Shown here one piece after another: positions 1 to 14,931 of a DNA stretch of 64,000 nt (within the stretch, counting starts at the first letter, position 1; each line of letters begins with the position of its first letter). The stretch lies in assembly GCA_030704615.1 (NCBI GenBank), contig CM060733.1, forward strand, positions 38,316,001 through 38,380,000, written 5' to 3'. The stretch is from Takakia lepidozioides (Eukaryota > Plantae > Bryophyta). A program made the translations under genes and the position numbers. The notes beneath the pieces are model-generated. The model was not told the DNA's origin and made no database searches. It worked only from the letters and a program-made list of their open reading frames with translations.

Positions 1-418
1 GCATCCACACTACACCCATATTGACAGCCACAAAACCTGCTTTAATTCTGGCTTGAACTTCTCCTTGGTGAATGCTTAGCTGCAGATAACTCCAGATTAC
101 ATTGACCTAGACTCAAGTGGCCTTCTTACATCTCTGTGTGTAGTCCTGAAAGATCCGAACCCTACATATAACCAGCTGGAAACTTAGCCACCAGTTGTTG
201 AAACCCTGTGTGAACTAAGGTTGAGAATGGCTTCAAAGAATGAAAAGCTCTTCCACTTCCTAGAAGAATCCTGAAACTCTTTGAAATTAAAAGGCACCTA
301 AGAAAAACCTTCATGGTTGAGATATAACAGCATAAAGTCATCCATGGCGAAGTAAAATTTTGTGAGGCCTCGCCTTGACTCTGGGCTCTACTGGCAAAAC
401 TGTTGTGTGCTTGCCTAC

Positions 419-2272
419 CTGTTGCGGAGAGGGGCTGTGAACTGCAATGAATGTGCAGTTGCAAAGCGATCTATGGGAAGGCCTGTGCCAGCCAGCGCAC
501 ATGAGCCAAGTGGTGAAAAGTTGAGGCGAACTTGGCAATCAACCAAACGCCCTGCATCACGCTCCAGCTAGCCACCGTGAATGTAGATGAGTATGGTTCA
601 ACCTCCAACTGTGGTCCCAATGAACTCACAATATCCAGTCCTAGAAGCAACCCTCACCCTAACGCCTCTGCACTCATTATAATGTTGGTGCCCCCTGGCT
701 TTCTGAGGTAACATGACATCCTCCCTTGCTGCTGCTGCTGCTCTCTCTCCCCTAAATGGCAGTGCAATAAAGCTACATATGTCCACATATGCCTTCGATA
801 GGAAGATACTGTGTTATTCCACATCATGATGTCTGATAGGATGTCAAAGACTCCCTCTCCCTCTGTAAGAATAAGAACACTCAGCAAGCATAAGAACTTG
901 ACCCTTCATGGGGATACCTCAACTACAAGGTGGGCACATACCTGTTCCACATAGGCCAGTAAGAGGTGTTGCAGCAACAGTGGTTGTGCACGCTGCAGGT
1001 GAGTATAGCCAGGTACCACTATGCCCTCGTTTCTCACTGCAAGCCTCACCAGCGCCCTCTAGCAATCCAGGCCCACTCCTCAATCATTGGTTGGACATTG
1101 TCAGAAGTGAGTGCAACATGAAGGTACATGTAACTGCAAAAGTGGAAGGTCTAAACACTACCTGTAAGAGTTTGATGTGATCCAGGATCTGGTTGATTGC
1201 ATCACGGCACCACAGTCGCACATCTGTCACCACCTGGTTACAACAAAGTTCACTGGGCTGATTGCACACGTTCCTTGCTAGAGGAAAGAACGGAAGATAG
1301 AAAGAGAGTAACTCATTATGTCCACAGGAATTCGGGTTTATGCGACAAGAACTAGAGGCATTACACTCCACCAGTGCCTGTAAGAAATGTAGCACTTTAG
1401 GCCAGCAGTTTGGAAACCTGATCATTTCGACTCCGTGCTGTGTGAAGCTTCTTGGCAGGCTCCCCAACCAAATCGATGAGTGCAGCCTCCACGTTCATGT
1501 GCACATCTTCTCTGTCCGGCCTCCAGACAAACTTCCCCTCAACTATTTGCTTCTCGATCTCATTTATTCCCTTGAGAATTGCGTCGCGATCCTCCTCCGT
1601 TATAATGCCCTTCAATGGTAGGTTATATACTAACGTTCAAGCTCAGACTGAATCACCAGAACTTTGACTATGAGATTCTTGATTCAACACCATATACCTC
1701 CAGATGTGTCATAGATTTAAAAAGCTGACAGGCCATAAAATTTCTCATTCTAAGCATTCAGACTACTCATTGCAAGGCACTCTTCGAAATTTCAGCCTTA
1801 ACACTTGACCTGTGGGCAATCAAATAACGGTAGGCACAAATATTTAGAGTCTGGCTTTCGTAATGAAAGGCTACAAACTTTGCAATCAACCACCATTAAG
1901 AATATTTACCTGTTTGGCAAGCATCGCTGCATGCGCGCGACTCCCCATAAGGTCATGCTTGTACAGTTTCCAATCAAACGACACAGACTGACCGAATTTT
2001 TCCACAGCAGGTGTCACACTCTCTTCGAATCGCCCGCCCCACAGCTTCGCCTCCTTAGTCTCCATACCTGCGTCAGGGATTGCACCTGCCTCTGTCGTGC
2101 TGGCAAATATCCGCCCTCGCGCACTTCTGGAGCCTCCCTTTGCAAGACCCAAACAAACTTCGGACGCCTTTGTGCCAGAACTTGGCAAGACTACACCGGT
2201 TGCGCAATCAGGCACTCTGAATGAGTCCAACGAAGAAGGCAGGGCAGCACACGCATGCAATCGCAGAGTCAT
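419..2272 (-). CDS. argH: Argininosuccinate lyase, plastid-targeted; 5' part only, gene continues beyond the left edge
   Basis: Motifs [38 protein letters not shown] and [11 protein letters not shown] across GT-AG exons 1910-2272, 1418-1609, 1162-1233, 942-1058 and 419-567; N-terminal transit-peptide-like extension. Confidence 0.95.
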
Positions 2273-5200
2273 TTTTGTGAAAGCAGCAGATACCTTCTAA
2301 GTATATTGCCTAAAACCCGAGAATCTAAAACCCCCGTGATGTACACTCCCCTCCGTCACCCCACCCACTCTCTCTCTCACAACCCACCTTCAATTTTGTG
2401 CATGTCTTCCCCAAATCCGAACTGCCAAACCCACAGCGTCAACATTGAGGGACGAAAGCAGCCGGATGAAATGCTGTCAACCCATCGTTGACACAGTCGT
2501 CCCTCTCACAACAATCTGACACCGGTGGACCAAGGCTGCCTTCCCAAGTTTCCTTGCCGATCTCCATGCGAAGATGGTGACTCGATGGAGAAAAATAGAT
2601 AAACTCAGGGCGGGCTGTAGCTTAGCGGTGGCAGCTTAGAACATCTGCCACGCATCTTTGCAGCCTATAGACTACAGGAAGCTAAGAATTTTTCGAAGTC
2701 CTCTCTTTGTTCCGGATCTTTGACTCCAGATCTCCGCAGAGCACCCTGTCTCCGTCTCAATCCCAGCAAGAAGTGACGAAACTTCAAACACAGTAGTGCC
2801 GTTCCCACGGATGCATTAGCGTGGAGCTCGTGTTGCGGATGGTAGAACGGCTAGCGGATGTGTTCTTTAGAAAGAGAGTTGACAGAGTTGTAGCTGGTAT
2901 TTGAATGTCAGCAGTGAAGATTGAGAACGTGAACTGTGATCTCATTCCACAAATCGGGGACATGCAAGAGGGGAGCAGCAGACGCTTAATGTCGACCCAC
3001 GCCCACAGCTGAGCAATTCTTTCGGGCTATGGAACCAGTCAGGTCGCACATGGATATCGGCTCCATGGATTGTTTGGGACAGTGGCCTTCATGTGGTGCT
3101 GTATTCGGAGTCTTTGAGTTCTAGTTATGCAGGAGAACACCATGCGTGGGAGAGGGATGGGCAAAGCCGGGAAGGGTATTGCCGACGGATTCAATTGCAC
3201 ACCATTATCCCTGCTTCTCTGTTTCTGCAATTTGTTAATGCACATGCTCTTCTTGTCTAGGGTGACAACTGAATGCTGAATTGTCTGTAGTCTCACAACT
3301 GAATGGTACATGCTGAAGTAAGTAAAATTTATTTGGGAGAATCATAGACGCATCCAAGATCGTAGTGGGCCAAAGGCCATCGAGCAAAGAATTATCTGAT
3401 TACAACAAGGTCTTGATCTGGAGGTCTAAGCTGTGCAAAAAAGCTGCAGCTGAACTTCCTTCTTCCTCCTGCTCCTCATGCGTTGAGTAATTTCTAGGCT
3501 CAACTTTCTTCTGCTGCCTCTTCAAAATATTCAAGGATTGTGTACCTGACCGAACCTACGTTTTGCTGCACTTTCTGCTGGTGCCATTGACAAAGAAAAC
3601 CTTGCCGGGCTTCTTCAGGTGTTTTGTGTGCCACCCGGCGGCCACTTCCTCGCACTTCCCTCGCACTTCCAAGTCGAGGAGCCTCTTGATATCCAGATAA
3701 TTGGCCGCCTGCAATCAAACATGACATTTGGCCCAAGATGATATTCACGAGATGATCAAAACAAGTAGAGTCATCAAGAGCTCTTGAAAACCTTTGAACC
3801 CATCGCAGTACTGCATAGTTCTACTCCAACCCTTCACAGACGGAATGAATGGTTGAGATCCACGGTTGGTCGGATCACCCTCTAAACTATGATTCAAGGA
3901 CAATGGAGAATCTCTTGAAATCTGAAATCTCTAGTACAAAATTTGGCTATGCATGACTATGCTGAGGATGACGATGATGGTCATTGTAGCTGCCAGACGG
4001 GAGACTTTCAGCTTAAGTTTGCAGAGATCGAAATGCAGCTCCAAATGCAGCTCCAGGAGGAGTTTTTAGAAGAATTCTTTCAAACTTGTGCAAATACCTG
4101 GATAGTACTCGAGATAAGCCTGACGTTGCAGTGGGATTGAAAGCGTACAAGATACCGTCAAAGGCGCGCGAGGGACTTCTATTTGGGTACCATCTTAACG
4201 GTGCTTGCAGTATGTTGAGCTCAGAACATCCTCCACAGTTGACCACGTAGATAAAAGCTTCATCCCAATTCTTCACATCGTTCTTTTGAACTCCACTTTG
4301 TTCCGCGGCAACTCGATACTCGCAGTCCTCCAAGACTTTGGCCAAAGTATTTGCTTTTACAGTAAGGCAGAGTTATGGGTCTGCTCATATCTGTGACATC
4401 CTCTAGACAGCTTCCCAGAAAATTTGACCCTCAAGCTTCAGTCGCACTCACACGACACATCTGCCCATCAGAGCTTATATAACCTGTGCCGATGTTTTTG
4501 CTTCTGACTCTACATCATTGCTGGAGCAGCTGCTTCTGGCACATTGGTTACACCACCCTCATCACTACCCTTGTTTTCCATGGCGCTTCCTTGACGCCAT
4601 TTTCGAAGTCGATCTCCAAAGACAGAATAAAACTTGTTGGGTGGAAGCGAAAGCGACGCTCTCACGGTGAAAATCATGTTCCAATTCGAGAGAGACAAGC
4701 AGAGAGGCTGGCTAGAAGCAGCGATTTTACATCGCCTATCACTTCCACATGTGACTCCCATTCCAACAAGCTCTAGAATGAGAGAAGCTTTGATGAGAAG
4801 TGATCTTCCGATTTGGGAGAGAGAACGTTAGATTTTAGTTATCACTTCCACATCGAGAGCAAGGTTTAGTGCGAAGAGAAGCCATGATCGTATTCCCCCC
4901 CACAACAAGCATGCTCGTCACTCGCAGGTATTCTTGGCATCTACAGCGGTTGCACCCTAATTTGGGAAACCTAATGTTGGGCAGTTGGTTTATCATCAAG
5001 AAAGCGAAATCTGTTACAGAAATCAAGTCAAGAAATGCGGGATTTTGAACTCACCGTAGGATTGTTGTTCAACGTCGCGCAGCAACAGTGTGGGAAGTGC
5101 GAACGTGATGGATAATAAATGGCCCAAGAAGATTAAGTAGATGAAGATGATGGGGATGTGCGGGCACCAACCGACCTCCAAAAAATATGATCGTGCAGGA

Positions 5201-5341
5201 CCCACAACGGGGTTCGTGCAGTGGGCGGGGTAGAGCGATGGAGGGCGGGGTTGCAGAGTGTTGCAAAGCGTGCAGTGTCGGGGGTTCGATCCCGGGCTGT
5301 CTCAGAGCATCCATGGTCGTCTCGCACCTGTAGAAGAGAGA

Positions 5342-8300
5342 ATGGACCTCGAGCTGGAGTCTGGCTATGGTGGGCGCAGCAGCGATGTGGCCGTTGCCAG
5401 CCCCGCGCAGGCCGTGGCACTGGTGGGAGCGCCGGCCTTTCCCAACTCGGTCAAGTGGTCGGAGGAGAATCTTCTTGCTGTGGCCTCCGGTCACCTCGTG
5501 ACCATCCTTGTATGTCCAGGTTTTTCCTGTGCTTGACATTGTCACAATTGCTTCGATCTCGTTTCGTGTATGAAAGCCTGCAATGCAAGCCATGTTCGCA
5601 TGGCCCTTTACATGTCTGTCTCTTGTGAACTTGTATGTGTGCAGAACCCAGCATCGCTTGCTGGCCCACGCGGCTTCGTTTCAATATCGCAAAGCCCTGT
5701 TCTTGATATTGGAAATGTCACGCGTGAAGGTGTGTTGCTTTTACATATTGGTGGCAGTGGTTTCTGAGAAATGTTCACATTGCAGAGAGAGAGAGAATAC
5801 TTATCGATCGTTGCCCTTGAGTGTTAGCAATGAGGGCATAGTCTCTACCGGAGTCCATGTACACCACCAGATAGGCTACGAGACTCAGCCAGAATTTGCT
5901 CTAACCCTAGTGCATTGCCGACGACCTTGTACAGATAATTGAAATTGAGTGTTGAAGTGCGGACATTGTACTAGAACAGTGATTGATTCCAACACTACCT
6001 TGTTAGCCCTCCAGCTATAATGGAATACCACGCATGTGACATTTCCAGTGATACTGTAGGAGGATATATGTGTGTGTAAAGAGAAAGAGAGTTGTTGTCA
6101 CTAGACTTTGCTTTTACACTCCATCTAATCCCGTGTCTAGAGTAATTGGGTCGACAGTCTCTCAAGCTACACAGGCCCCCCTCAGAAGTGAATGATGTCC
6201 CTCGTTTGTGTAGAATTGGCAGCCCCTGCCCTTATGCCATTTCGGCTGTGGAGAGAGAGCCGCGTAGGAGTGCGGTCTGTTGACTGGTCTCCTCAAGGCT
6301 TGGCATCAAATGGCGGGTGTGTTTCCAAGACTCGGTGAAGCTGATTCTGGTCGGGAGATTAGAATCTGTGTTTAGGGAGTACTTATCAGGGTGCCAGAGT
6401 TGAAACTTTCAGCAATGTGACGAGGACTCAGATCATGCTTCTGCACAAGTACATATGTGCTTCATCTGGTGGGAAAGTGTGAGGCCTGATCTAGGGCATC
6501 TCGCACTGACTGTGTATCCATGGCTTGGCTAGGCAGGTGTGAAGTATACAGCAGAGTTCTTCCTTTGAGGGCTAACATCTTTCTTGTCTATCACTGGCAG
6601 ATGCTTATTGGCTGTCTGCACAACAGACTCCCGTGTGAAGCTATATCGCTCACCCTTCTGTGACTACCGATCTGAATGGGTAGAGGTGTGTTAACCACTA
6701 CATCTCCTCAAGACTCATGTTCTTTTGGAGGGAAGTCATAGGCCCTTTGTTGCATAGTGCTGTGAGGTGTCTTTTCCCTCTTGACTCACTGCTAACTCCT
6801 GATTAGGAGACCTTTTTGACCCATCTCCCCTCTCTCGTTCTAGTTCTTCTGGAGCCTTGTTTTTAGGAGCAATGGGTGAGGGAGAGAAAGAGGGCAAGGT
6901 AAAAGTAGCTTTACATTGGCTGGGGTTACTTTAGATGTCTATGTGTAGCAAGATTGTGTTTTTACTTCTCTTATGTTCCACACTCTATTGCTTTCTCATG
7001 TTATAGGTGGCCAGAAAAGTAGTATATATGAGTAACTAACTCGCTTCACCCGAATTGTTTGCTTGGCATTATGGATGTAGGATGCTCTACATACATGTTT
7101 CACGCCACAGATTGTCGAGCCATAATGATTAGCTACATTGTGCAGGTGGCGGATCTTACAGAGCTTATGTATGGATACTGTGTGGAAAACAGGTTCAAGG
7201 ATGGAGAGCTAGCTGCATCAGTACTTGCCACGGTATTGTATTGCTGGGATTTTCACTCATGTATGTTGCTCCAGTGTCGCAGGCAGAGGAAAGATACAGA
7301 GGGTGCTCACTTTTGACTGTTAAAGTTGCTAGCCAGTTGATAAAGTTGAATAGTGTAGTCTGGTCAAACTAATGACGCTAAAAGTGCCCACGATATGGAG
7401 TACTTGCCTCCAGGAACTTGATGGCATTTGGGTGTCAGGGAACAGCTTACTACTTTACAGGGCCTCTGATGGGATATGGGTGGTATGTTTTCCCTTGCAG
7501 GAGAATGAAGACTCCTCGGCTAAAATTAGCTTGGGGGTCAAAACTAAGAAAAGGCGTTTGTCAACCCAGGAGCCTCAACATCGGAAAGTGCAGAAAACAA
7601 AGAAGTAAGTTTTGCATGTCTTATAGTGTGTGCTGCCATGGTAAATGCAAGGTTTCAACTAGATGTTAATTGGATGGTATGAACTCACTATGGTCTGTCT
7701 GAAATGGCATATCAGATTACGATGCCTACGTCTGTTTGAGGAAGGCTGGTAACTCTATGTTACTTCTTTTGTAGCTCATGAACTTGGTGTACTTCCAAGC
7801 TTTGGGCTCCATAATTTCTACGTGCACCTGATGTAGAAAGTTAATAGTGGGGTAGAGAAGACAAAGATATTGCTTGTTGTACATTGTGTTAAGTGTACCC
7901 TTCAAGCCGTGATGTTACTGAGGTAGCTACTTTTTATGGCTTCAAGACTTCAACACAACAATTAATGAATAGCTTTTCCTCCAATCATTGTAGAAAATAA
8001 GTCTTATTGTGCATATTGGTACTCCTGGATGCAGTAATGCAGACACGCATGAGGGCGCCAATGAGATCGTTGATGGTGCTACACTTGAAGAAAAGGTGTC
8101 ATGCGAGAATCCCTCTGAAAGCTTGCTGGCACAGGTGTCCAGTGTTTGTCCTCAACTCTGACATTCCCCATCAGTAGACACTGACTGACATTCCCCATTG
8201 TTGAATATCACTAATGGGTGAATGATTCCCTTACAACATAGATCTAGACGTTCTCACTCAGAGCAGGGACATAGCCCAAACATTGTGAATGATTGGCAGA

Positions 8301-11300
8301 GCGACCACATTACATGTCCCCACGATGTTTCATTATGGGCTGCTGGCGCAGTGGGAAGTGATTTCGTTTCTGTTTCAGGTGCATAGCACGTGGGCTTCGC
8401 TGTAAACTCAGGTTGTCAGATTGTGGATAACAGATGCAGATAATCTGGGCAAGTACAATTGACCAGTAAGGTTTGATTGAACACATGCACAGAAAGGTTC
8501 TTAGGGAATCAAATAGGGTTGCAGATGGGTCTTGTTGCTACCTTCCTTGTATGTGTGTATGTGAACTTCATCATTCAGAGGTTTGGTCATGTTCAGGTCA
8601 CAGAACATCCTTGCATTGTGACAGAAGAGGCAACTCTCGAGGTCAATGTGACACAAGAGCCTGTCATTGAACCAACACTTTTCAACCTCTCAAATGGGGC
8701 CTTTCAGAGTGCAGTGAGGCCTTTAAGACGAAGAAAACGTACTACAGACAGCTCAGTAGGTGCCCAAGATGGTGGAACAGCACTGGAAAACAACTCAACG
8801 GTGGGAAATCTTCAAATAAGCAGGAATATATCTGCGGCGGAGTATGCCGCACGGAGCTACATGTTGGCGCCGCTGGTGTTAGCGTGGTCCGCCAAATGTC
8901 AGACAGCAGGCCCAACAGGCTCAGAAATGGCTCAAAGTTTTGTGCTCTGTGCAGTGGGAACAAAGGCTGGCAGTGTCGCACTGTTTCGAATGGCTGTACC
9001 ACAGTCTTACTCGATTGAAAAGGCTCTTCCCCTACCAGAGATCTGCTTTCTTGGATTTCTATGGGCCCATGAGTCTTGGGTGACTTCTGTTTGCTGGGCT
9101 TCATGTCCCACGTCCAATGTGGAGCTGCTCAATGGTGAAGGTGGATCAGGGGAGACGATTTTATTGGCCACTGCCAGTGCTGATGGAAGGTGAGACCACC
9201 CTCTTGCTTTCCTATGCCCGATTGACCTTCTAGTCAAAGATGCTTTTAGAACTGGGCTTTCCAGTATAGTGACATGATTAAATAAGCCTGATATATGTAT
9301 AGTGTGTTGATGGCCTTTGGCACACATCAGTTGTCATTGTTTTGCCAAAACTGAAATTGCAAAGTTTATGAATATTTTTCAAGTTTTTTCTCAGTGCGGC
9401 ATTAATGACAACATGACTGTTAGAATCCTATCATCTAGAATGAAAATGCAGCTTGGTCAGACCTCAACACAGCTGACTCTGAAAAGCTTGTGTTGTCAAG
9501 TTGACTACGTAATATGACGACACCACCATATGGAAGAGTTTTGTGGATCTGTCACTAATGGTGGTTGTGAATCTTCTGTGACAGTGTTAAGCTGTGGTCA
9601 GGAAATTCACAAGAGTTGGCACTCTTGACTCCAGGCAGCCATACATTACCATTGACACTGCTCAGACAGGTATACCTTCATCATTTTCTGGTTCTTGGAC
9701 AGTAAAGAGATTCTGGAAGAGTAGTTCTACTTAGTAAACAATCAGGTGTTGTGGGTGAGGCGGGAGGTCAAGCTGAATTAGTATTGGTTCATGTGATTGC
9801 AAATTAAACTATTAGCAGCTTAAAGCATTATGGTCTTTTCACGTGCAACTTTGTCATGCTGGTGATTGGCAAGTCCCAAAACCAGACAGGCAGAATGCAT
9901 GTGCTGAATTGCATGCTGTTATTCATTTAACAGCCCTAGGTTTCTGAGAACTTACATTATAGAACATAGCAATCGTCCCCTTGCTGCACAAGAGAGCATG
10001 ATTACATGACCCCTGCCAAGACGGTCCAACTGCTGTTGTATACTGAACTGGCATGATCAATGCCTAAAGAAGATTTGAAAGTTTTATGTTCTGCCTCTGG
10101 TCACTGCCAATTGGACGCAGAGTAGTAGCATTGAGTAGAGCTCTAAAAGCCGTGGTGGTACGGTGGAAGTGGCTCTACACACAGTCCAAAGTCTACCTTG
10201 TCTACGGCTGAACCTTAAATATCTCAACATTTTCCCAGTCACTGTAACATTCATCATTCCAATATTTATCCTTGGCAGGTAGCAGATGCAGATCTTGTCC
10301 CCGTGAGTTCAGTTGCACTTACTGTATCGGAAGGGGTCCCAACAAGAGTGCTTTTGGCGGTTGGAAAAGGGTCAGGGAAAATTGCTGCGTGGGAATTTGA
10401 CATGTCATGGTGCTGTTGCCAAATGGCGAGCCACGTGCGGGCACATGATCAAGTGGTAAGAAGCTACTGTCCATCTAAGATGATGAACCTGTTATATTAG
10501 GAGATCCCTTTCTGACATCAGACTGGACGAAATCAATCAGCAGTCAGAATGCCAATACAGTGTCCATTGCTTGCAGTCATTTCTGAGGAAATTTATCCAT
10601 TAAAGTATGCTCCTGATGTAAATACTTTTATCTTCCATTAAACAATCAACACTCATCTGGACTAAGGGTTATGGTGGCAGGTGACAGGACTGATATGGAC
10701 GCATGATGGGCGATGTTTGTATAGCTGTGGCCAGGTGTGGTTTGTACCAGCAACTGTACTGGAACATGCCCTGCTGCACAATTTTTTGTTCAATGTGTTG
10801 ATGTCCTTCAGCATCTGGCTTATTCTACGAACAGATTGATTTGTGGGTGCTGAACTTCACCAGTTGATTTCTGACAAATCTGAAAGAAATGTCTTTCATG
10901 TTGTGGGTAGTTTTCCATGTCTTCATGAATTTGAGGGCTACAGGGGCAGAGTCTTTGGGAGTGCTTTGAATTGTCAATATCTGCTGTGCATAATGAATTT
11001 CCAGGACAATATGCTGAAGAGTTGGGAATTATTGGGGAACGAGCTGTGGCCTCTTTCCTTCCCTGAATGCTCAGCACTTCTGGTTTCTGACCCCATTTCA
11101 AGTGAGGCAAGTTCCTGTTTCTCAAGCTTGTGATGTCATCTGCTGTGAGATTTAGCATTGCAGATAATGACAGTCTATATATGTCATCTATAAATTTGTC
11201 TAGTCTCAGTAGCAAGTGAGTCCCCTTCCTTCTTGGTGGTGGAGGTAGCGAGAGGGTCAGGGAGATAATAGAAGAAACTTGGCCTGCAACAGCTATAGTG

Positions 11301-14300
11301 ACTCGGGCGTGTTTCCAAGTGACACAGCCGGTCACAGTTATCCAGGAGCTTTTGTAGCTGAACTGTTGATCATCTGGGTTCGGATTCAAACAGACATGTC
11401 TTGGGTTCAGAATAAATGCTCCACAGCTGTTAATGGACTACAGCTTACCAGTGGGGACCCAAGGGCTTCCTATTCTCTGTGGGAAAGAACAATTGCACTT
11501 GATGTGACCATTGACAGGTGTCTGGCTCAGGGCAGTCTCCTTGATGTGTCAAACGCACTACAAGTTATTCTGGTTCATGTTGGCATTTTACACAATTTGA
11601 CATTTAAAAGATAAGGGCAGTTCGCTACAGTGAGATTGTGTTGTTTCTTGGAGCCCTGTATCATGAATGTACTGCTTGCTGTGGTCATTTATCAAAAAGA
11701 AATATCTGGATTGGTCTTATATTATTGGGTCTGTTGATTTGTAGTTTTCATTCAGTCTCCATTGTCTCCTTTTCTCTTTGGTTTCCTCTCAAATGTGTGT
11801 CAGAGTTTACCCAGACCCTCATAGTGATAGATATCATTACCTCCAAAGCAGCCCCTCTTAATATAGACAAGGGATATGGAAAAAATATGGTCTCTTATGG
11901 AAATGTAAGTTATGGACTGACACATCAGAAACTTCCATTCCATGATTGCAGCTGCCTGCCTCAGCACTTGATCCATTTTATGGAGTGGCATTGTCACGGG
12001 GGAGCCTTGCTCTGGCAGTGGTATGTATCTCTCTGTCTGTCCCTCTCTGGCATGCTTTACGGCGTACTGGCAGTGTGTATTTATCAGAACAAGACCATGC
12101 CCGTGGGTAGGTTTTGGTTTGCAGTCTATCAGGAAGACCAATGATTCCATACTGGTGTTGTCACCCAATGAGGAAGGGTTACATGCCTCAAGGTGAATGA
12201 CATCTGAGCTATCCCATGTGTGTAATGGCAAATCCTTGAAATTTGGAACATTTAGTGCACATTTTTTCATGCAGATGTGTGTGTGGGGTGGTTCAAAGCT
12301 CATTAAGGCAGCTGATAGAGCTGTTCATTCAGGGACGCTAGATTGTGGATTGCTTAAGACAATGCCGGGGTCATGCTGACGGGGTCAAGGGCTACAACTC
12401 GATTGCATGTAATGGCGACTTCCATTTTACTTTCCATAGTGTGCATAGTAGTAGTGCTCTTTCCATGGTTTGAGATGGTTGTATTTAACTCAGCTTTTTT
12501 CCTATCAGGTGCGAGGCATTGCCAGTGATGTAATAGATCAAATGTATCAATCAAGGCAAGTCTTCATCACCTTTCCATGATCAGATAAGATCAGAGTGCA
12601 TTGCAATAGCTGTAAGATTTTTTTGACTAAAGCTGAAATTGTGTGCTAAAGCCATGCCTATTGCATCATGGTACATTTCTCTTCAACATTTTGCTGCTGT
12701 TCTGCCGCAGATCACAGAAGGGTGTAGTCCAGCTCTTTTGGGTGGGCGGGCAACGGTACAGAGACTCAGTGGGCTGGATGACACATGGTGGTATAGGAAG
12801 GCCTGTAGCAAAGAGTCTCTCATCAGAGGACCTGGATTGCTGGTGTTCACGGCTAATTTCTACATTCCGCCACCTAGAAGAAAGTACACATGCATTAGTC
12901 CTGTGGGACGTAGTGACAGCCCTATCCTATCTGAAGACCATTGCAGGCTCCACATTCGTGACATCGGTTGTGTCTGGCTGGCTGGACAACTGGTGCAAGG
13001 AGGGCAGTCACCTCCTGGGGGACAGCATTAACTGGTCAGTTGAGAGCCTGCAGGCATGTCTCCCTGAAGCCACCTGTCGCCGATTGCAAATGATTAATGT
13101 TGTTTATAGGCGTGTGCTATTGGATAATTGCAAGGCTGAAGTCCTCAGCGGGCGAAGCTCAAGAAGCAATGGGGACTCTGCTACAGACAGGGCAGCCCAT
13201 GTGGCAGGACACCAGTGGCGTCTTAGTGGGGAGGGGGGGTTGACCCCAAGCTCTGTAGCCCTCCCTGAACAACAAGAGATATGGAAGGAGCATCTATGGC
13301 TGGTAGAACATGAGCTTCGACAACGTTTAATGTATTTCACACTTTTTGCTGCTGCTTGCCATGGGATAAACCTTGAAGAATCAGAACAGAGGGAAGAAAA
13401 ATTGGGGGAGCGAGCGCTACCAGGAACATGGCTAATGGCTGATTGGATACTTGCCAATGGCTCCCAGATTTTTCCTCGCTTGGTGCAAGTCGCAACTCGT
13501 GTACGCGACTTGAGCGATGAGATGTAAGTTGTCTGTCCTAACCCCCAGGAAATGCTACTAATTATATTTATGCAAACAGATTAAGGTGGGCAATGTGGCC
13601 CTTGTGATTTGCTCTTGAGCTTTTCCTTCAACCAAACATTCAATGTTCCTGTCCCAGACTAATGATGAGTAGGTAAAGCTGTTATGATTATGTTGTCGAA
13701 GCACTTTAACTGGTTGTAAAAGATTGTGAGCTTGTAGTAACTCTTTGGGAGGAGTAGACAGTCTCCTTAGAGACAGATCGTTAGTAGTAGGCACCAACCT
13801 GCCAAATTATGTTGCCACCATGGAGTGCCCATGAGAACCACTGAGTTAGAGTTTGCTAGTTTCTCTAATCCTGTATTGTGATTGCTTTGACAGACTTGCA
13901 TTATCGGGTGAGACAAGATCCTTGGAGGGTTGTACATTCTGTGATGCCAGCTTACCTTTGGAGTCCCCGGAAGTAGGCTACTGCAGTTCTGTTGATTTCA
14001 ACAAAGAAGGACTCAACCATAAGCACCAGCGGTGCTCTGTATCTTTGCAGGTTAGTTTCACATGTAGTACTTGCATCCAAATAAACTTTCAGAAGAAGAA
14101 AAAGAGTGATGCAGGTTGTCTAGATTTTAGTCCGCCCTGTATGAATCCCCTTAATGTCTTTGGGCTACAGCTTCAGAAGTATGGGGATCACCTTCAATGT
14201 TGAAAACCTATTATTGAATGGCATGAGTACATTCCCTCACTGCTTGATGTATGTGTTTCAGTCTGGTGTTTTCTGCTTTGTTTTGATGGTAATATTATGT

Positions 14301-14931
14301 CTTGGTTGAGTCCTCCCGTGCTGACACAAACTCAGTATATCTGCACCCTCTGTGGGGAATTGATGAAGTCACTGGGGAGTTATAACAGCTGGCCACTGTT
14401 ATACAGGATAGAGTGATTGTCTCATACTCTCCAATTGACTCTCCAAGTCATGAGATAGCATCTTGTCTGGTTTGCTTCCTCTTTTCATTGTTCCTTCTTT
14501 GATGTGGCTTTCCTCGATGTTTTTGTCTGGGTGCATATGTTTTCATCTTTGAAAGCAACCTTGGATGTGGCTATTTTACTTTATCTTCAGTTTATGTGTG
14601 AGTTCAGAATCCAGTAGGCTCTCACATTGATATATCTGTTGCAACTTATCCTAAAGTATATATTGATTTGCATTGATTATTGGTGTTGAAGGCTGTCATT
14701 GTGCTTGTGTAGGTGTGCCGTCCCAATCCTCTATGGTACTGCAGCTGCTGTGCACGACGGGCAACAAAGCTTGCTCCTACCTTTTTCTTCACTCTCTCCT
14801 CTCAAAGTGATGTTGAGCGTCTCCCTTTACCCTTGCTCCTCCATGGGGTGCCTCTGCCAGCATGTCCCTTTTGCGGTATATTGATGCACCGCTTGCTGCC
14901 AGAGTTCCTGCTCACCCCCTCCTTGACCTGA
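5342..14931 (+). CDS. Transcription factor IIIC 90 kDa (delta/GTF3C4-like) subunit: beta-propeller plus C-terminal Cys zinc finger
   Basis: Phase-consistent exons 5342-5509, 5645-5729, 6214-6316, 6601-6685, 7146-7232, 7501-7604, 8035-8134, 8597-9189, 9585-9669, 10279-10455, 10681-10734, 11005-11106, 11952-12020, 12509-12555, 12711-13523, 13894-14050, 14713-14931. N-terminal PNSVKWSEENLLAVA and VDWSPQGLASNGGCLLAVCTTD; C-terminal CxxC..H..RCSVSLQVC..WYCSCC..CPFCG. Confidence 0.88.
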
